Shown piece by piece: positions 61,041-64,000 of a DNA stretch of 64,000 bases. Numbering within the stretch: position 1 is the first letter of the stretch; each line of letters opens with the position of its first letter. Both the position numbers and the translations under genes were made by a program. Below the pieces are notes generated by a model. It did not search any database, had not been told where the DNA came from, and was given only the letters and a program-made list of their open reading frames with translations. This DNA is from an uncultured delta proteobacterium (lineage in GTDB: Bacteria; Desulfobacterota; Desulfobaccia; Desulfobaccales; 0-14-0-80-60-11), in assembly GCA_963834795.1 (NCBI GenBank), contig CAWIDL010000021.1:29938-93937 (forward strand), read 5' to 3'.

Positions 61041-61567
61041 CTAAGTAGTGTTTCAGAAAAACCTTGAAAAAAGAAATCCCTTTATCCCCGCCCCCTTGAG
61101 GGGTCGACACCGGGTGGGGGTGATTATTTTTCTGTTATTTTAAAATGTTATCACCCTCCCCCCCAACCCCCTCCCCTCTCAGGGAGGGGGAGTTTTAGGG
61201 CCAAGATATATAAACATATTCCCGAAACACGATACTAGAAGCTATTGGAAAATCCCATTTCACTGTCATCCTGAACGAAGTGAAGGATCTCAAGTCACTA
61301 AAAATACGAGATTCTTCGCTTCGCTCAGAATGACATTTTAGGACAGACCGGGGTTTTGCAATAGCTTCTAGTGTAATGCTTTATAATTGCTATAACATTT
61401 CAAACTACGGTTTTTTAACCCCCCCTTTGAAAAAGGGGGGCAGGGGGGATTTAAAATAACCTCCTGAAATCCCCCTAAATCCCCCTTTTCCAAAGGGGGA
61501 CTTTAATACTCTTGGAACTTAGGTTTTCTTGATTTAATGCCATACTATTTACGAAGCGCAACACTAG
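61041..61567. mobile_element. Tandem array of CTAG-bounded MITE-like elements
   Basis: IR pair ACTAGAAGCTATTG at 61234 and 61372; CTAGTGT..ACACTAG at 61368 and 61567; each unit has a palindromic core. Confidence 0.65.
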
Positions 61568-61570
61568 CGG

Positions 61571-62356
61571 TTAATACAACACCAGCATCAAGGGCGCCTT
61601 CACCTGGGCCAGCCATTGCAGCCTGGGGCTGTCCTTCTTGACGGCCCGCTCCAGGGCCACCACCACCAGGCCGTAGTCCTTCATGGCCTCCGGGGCCGGA
61701 CCGCCGCCGGCCATGGGGCAATCATCCCGCAGGAGCGTTTGGCAGCCGGCCGCCTGCAGGGTCTCCCGCCCCTGCAAAACCTCCTGCTGCACCGCATCCC
61801 CAGCCCCGGGCGCCAGACAAAAGTGCAGGGGGGTGGAACAGCCCGCCCAGATTTTTTGTAAGCTCTGGATCGCAGACCGGGCGCCGGCCGGGTCGAAGCA
61901 GGGCGCCAGCACCTGGTTGATTCTCCTCAGGATCCGGAGCCAGATGAGGGGCGTCCCAACTCGCTGATAAAACCTGGCATTGAGCCGCCGCTGGATGTTG
62001 GCCGGGGTGAAGGGGTAAGGCGCCCCTTCCACGTACAAGTCGAAGGGCTCGTGTTCCATGATCTTGAGCAGCTCATATTGCCGATCCCCATAGAGCACAC
62101 GGGGTGCCTGCAGTTGGGGGCAGGACTCCTTCTCGCCGGCCAGCATCTCCTGAATCTCTTCCTTGCCCATCTCCAGGATTTCCCGCTCCCAGGTGTGCCG
62201 CACCCAGCCGGTGCCGGTGGCCGGCACCTCGGGCGGCGGCTCTTTCACATAGACGGGGTACAGCTCCAGCTCGATTAAGCTGCTCAATTGACAGGCGTAG
62301 CGGATGGCAAGGCTGGAGGCCAGATCCACTTCGATGGCTACCAGAGTCTTAATCAT
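61571..62356 (-). CDS. Universal stress protein-like protein
   Basis: IKTLVAIEVDLASSLAIRYA USP-type N-terminus, G....ELL. Confidence 0.7.
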   Translation of the reverse strand: MIKTLVAIEVDLASSLAIRYACQLSSLIELELYPVYVKEPPPEVPATGTGWVRHTWEREILEMGKEEIQEMLAGEKESCPQLQAPRVLYGDRQYELLKIMEHEPFDLYVEGAPYPFTPANIQRRLNARFYQRVGTPLIWLRILRRINQVLAPCFDPAGARSAIQSLQKIWAGCSTPLHFCLAPGAGDAVQQEVLQGRETLQAAGCQTLLRDDCPMAGGGPAPEAMKDYGLVVVALERAVKKDSPRLQWLAQVKAPLMLVLY

Positions 62357-62452
62357 ATCTTCAGTATCCTTTCAAATTAGTATGTTGCTTATCTGGGGCA
62401 GGCGCCCTCCCCTGCCCGGGAACAGCCGAGGCGGCTGGCGGTTCTCAACCTT

Positions 62453-62842
62453 CTAAGCCGCGCTCCCCCGAATCTTGGCGGCGGCCCGGTTCACCACCTC
62501 CTGAATCTCGCTCAATTTAAAGGGCTTGGCGATGAAATCGAACACCCCCTTTTGAAGGGACTGTTTGGCGGTTTCCATGGTGGCGAAGCCGGTGATCACG
62601 ATGACTTCCGTGTCGGGATGGCGTTTCTTGGCCTCGCTCAGAAACTGCATGCCGTCGATCTCCTTCATCTTGAGATCGGTGATGATGATGTCGTAGCTGA
62701 TCCGCTGAATCTGACGCATAGCCTCGGGGCTCTGGGTAAAGGCGTCCACTTCGTAACCAAGCTTCTCCAAGGCCGGCTTTAACCGCTTGCAGACGATGGG
62801 CTCATCGTCCAGCACCATGATCCTCAGCTTATCCGGACTCAT
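62453..62842 (-). CDS. Single-domain response regulator
   Basis: IMVLDDE, DIIITDLKM..IDG, ITGFAT, KPF. Confidence 0.93.
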   Translation of the reverse strand: MSPDKLRIMVLDDEPIVCKRLKPALEKLGYEVDAFTQSPEAMRQIQRISYDIIITDLKMKEIDGMQFLSEAKKRHPDTEVIVITGFATMETAKQSLQKGVFDFIAKPFKLSEIQEVVNRAAAKIRGSAA

Positions 62843-64000
62843 ATTTTCCTCCTGTATCAGGGGTATCCGACCTTAGCATTTGCTGCAAGAAGGCCTCCGC
62901 AAATTCCGGGATATCTTCGTCGTGGCGCAACTGAATGTCCAGTTGCCGGGTGAACCCGATAAGCCTTCCCACGACCTTGAGGCGCTCCTTAACGTCCTCC
63001 TGGGGCAGGTGCAGCACTTTGGCCACTACCAGGTCTCCCTTGATGTCCACCTTGAAGTGGTACCGGGAGAGAATCTTAGCCAGCAACTGGGAGCGGCGGG
63101 ACCGCCGGGTCAAATCCGTAACCCCTCCCACAAAGCGAAAATAGATGTGGTTGCGATGGGGTTCGGGATCCATCCTGGCGTCTATGAGGTTGAAGTGGTA
63201 GCCCAGGTGCAGGTGCAGGTTCAAGTAGGTCTCGTTGATCACCGCCAGGTTGAATGCCGCCGCCGGGCCGGCCCCGGGAGTCGCGGCCATGGTCTTGGTG
63301 AGACTGGACATCATCCCTTTAAAGTCCACCGGCACCGGCTGGGTGCTCCAGACCCCCGGTTCGGAGAGGCCCTCCCACAGGGCCTGCAGAGGGAGCGACC
63401 TGATCTGTTCCGGAAATAACTTGGCGCCGCGAGGCTTTGCTTCGACCCCTCCGCCCAGATCAATGACTTTGAGGCCCAGGGGTATATCCGAAACCAGGGT
63501 CCAAATCTGCACCCCTTTGAAGCGCTTGACGAAGCGGGGCAGGTCCATCAATTCCGCCACCGCCTTTTCATGAATGAATCTGATCACGTCGTGGACGGTT
63601 CTACAGCCCTCCGGGGTGAAATCCTGGTCCTGGGGATCGCTCAAATAGAGGGGCGCGATGCGGGTCAGCAGACGCCTCAAAAGCCGGAACTCCGGGGCGT
63701 CTTCGAAGGCCATAGCCTGCATCAGTTCATACTGCAGCAGTTCCTTGACCCGGCCGGCATAAATGATCCGTTGCTTGGTGTCCACCGTCACCTTCATGCC
63801 TTCCGCCAGAATTTCGCTGGCCCGCTCCACTCCCACCAGGGTAGGGACCCGGAATTCCCGGGCGATGGTGGCCAAATGACCCGCCGCCGAGCCCCGCTCC
63901 GCCACGATGGCCGCGGCCTTGGGCACGATACGGGCCAGCCAGGGCGCGGTATATTTGGTCACCAGGACCGCCCCCTCCGGGAAGCGGTTCATGCCCTCAT
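62829..64000 (-). CDS. PEP-utilising enzyme (pyruvate,water dikinase-like), C-terminal part; 5' end lies outside the window
   Basis: Phospho-His domain GSAAGHLATIAREF.VP; C.T.HD..RF.HE, LGYHF..ID, F.GG, GFTRQLD. Confidence 0.85.
   Translation of the reverse strand, partial: EGMNRFPEGAVLVTKYTAPWLARIVPKAAAIVAERGSAAGHLATIAREFRVPTLVGVERASEILAEGMKVTVDTKQRIIYAGRVKELLQYELMQAMAFEDAPEFRLLRRLLTRIAPLYLSDPQDQDFTPEGCRTVHDVIRFIHEKAVAELMDLPRFVKRFKGVQIWTLVSDIPLGLKVIDLGGGVEAKPRGAKLFPEQIRSLPLQALWEGLSEPGVWSTQPVPVDFKGMMSSLTKTMAATPGAGPAAAFNLAVINETYLNLHLHLGYHFNLIDARMDPEPHRNHIYFRFVGGVTDLTRRSRRSQLLAKILSRYHFKVDIKGDLVVAKVLHLPQEDVKERLKVVGRLIGFTRQLDIQLRHDEDIPEFAEAFLQQMLRSDTPDTGGKYESG

Overview
GC-rich bacterial chromosome segment whose gene content and repeat families suggest Desulfobacterota (Desulfobacca-like); this assignment is inferred, not verified. 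The backbone is housekeeping: gpsA, pfk, metG, moaA, rtcA, queCE, yicC-remA-gmk, ATP synthase Fo genes plus rex, a frameshifted hldE, ugd, lptD, tRNA-Asn/Gln/Arg and two-component genes. Three accessory regions stand out. (1) A ~12.5 kb island (~7.6-20.2 kb) holds an internally deleted IS3 and a candidate new RiPP cluster. The cluster has a Spy/CpxP-like periplasmic protein, a 60-aa precursor whose C-terminus is eight W-X-X triads (WGN WGN WAR..WHD WQN WQN WLN WWT), two coupled radical SAM/SPASM enzymes and an ABC exporter, followed by a DPP III-type peptidase. (2) A decayed integrative element at tRNA-Asn carries a DUF433/PIN toxin-antitoxin pair. (3) Two back-to-back fluoride riboswitches, each with its own promoter and terminator, drive a dynamin-like GTPase one way and an enolase/HEAT-repeat gene set the other way, with no fluoride exporter in the window. 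Intergenic spaces are rich in REP/MITE-like palindromes. All family assignments come from motif recognition only; no database searches were run.
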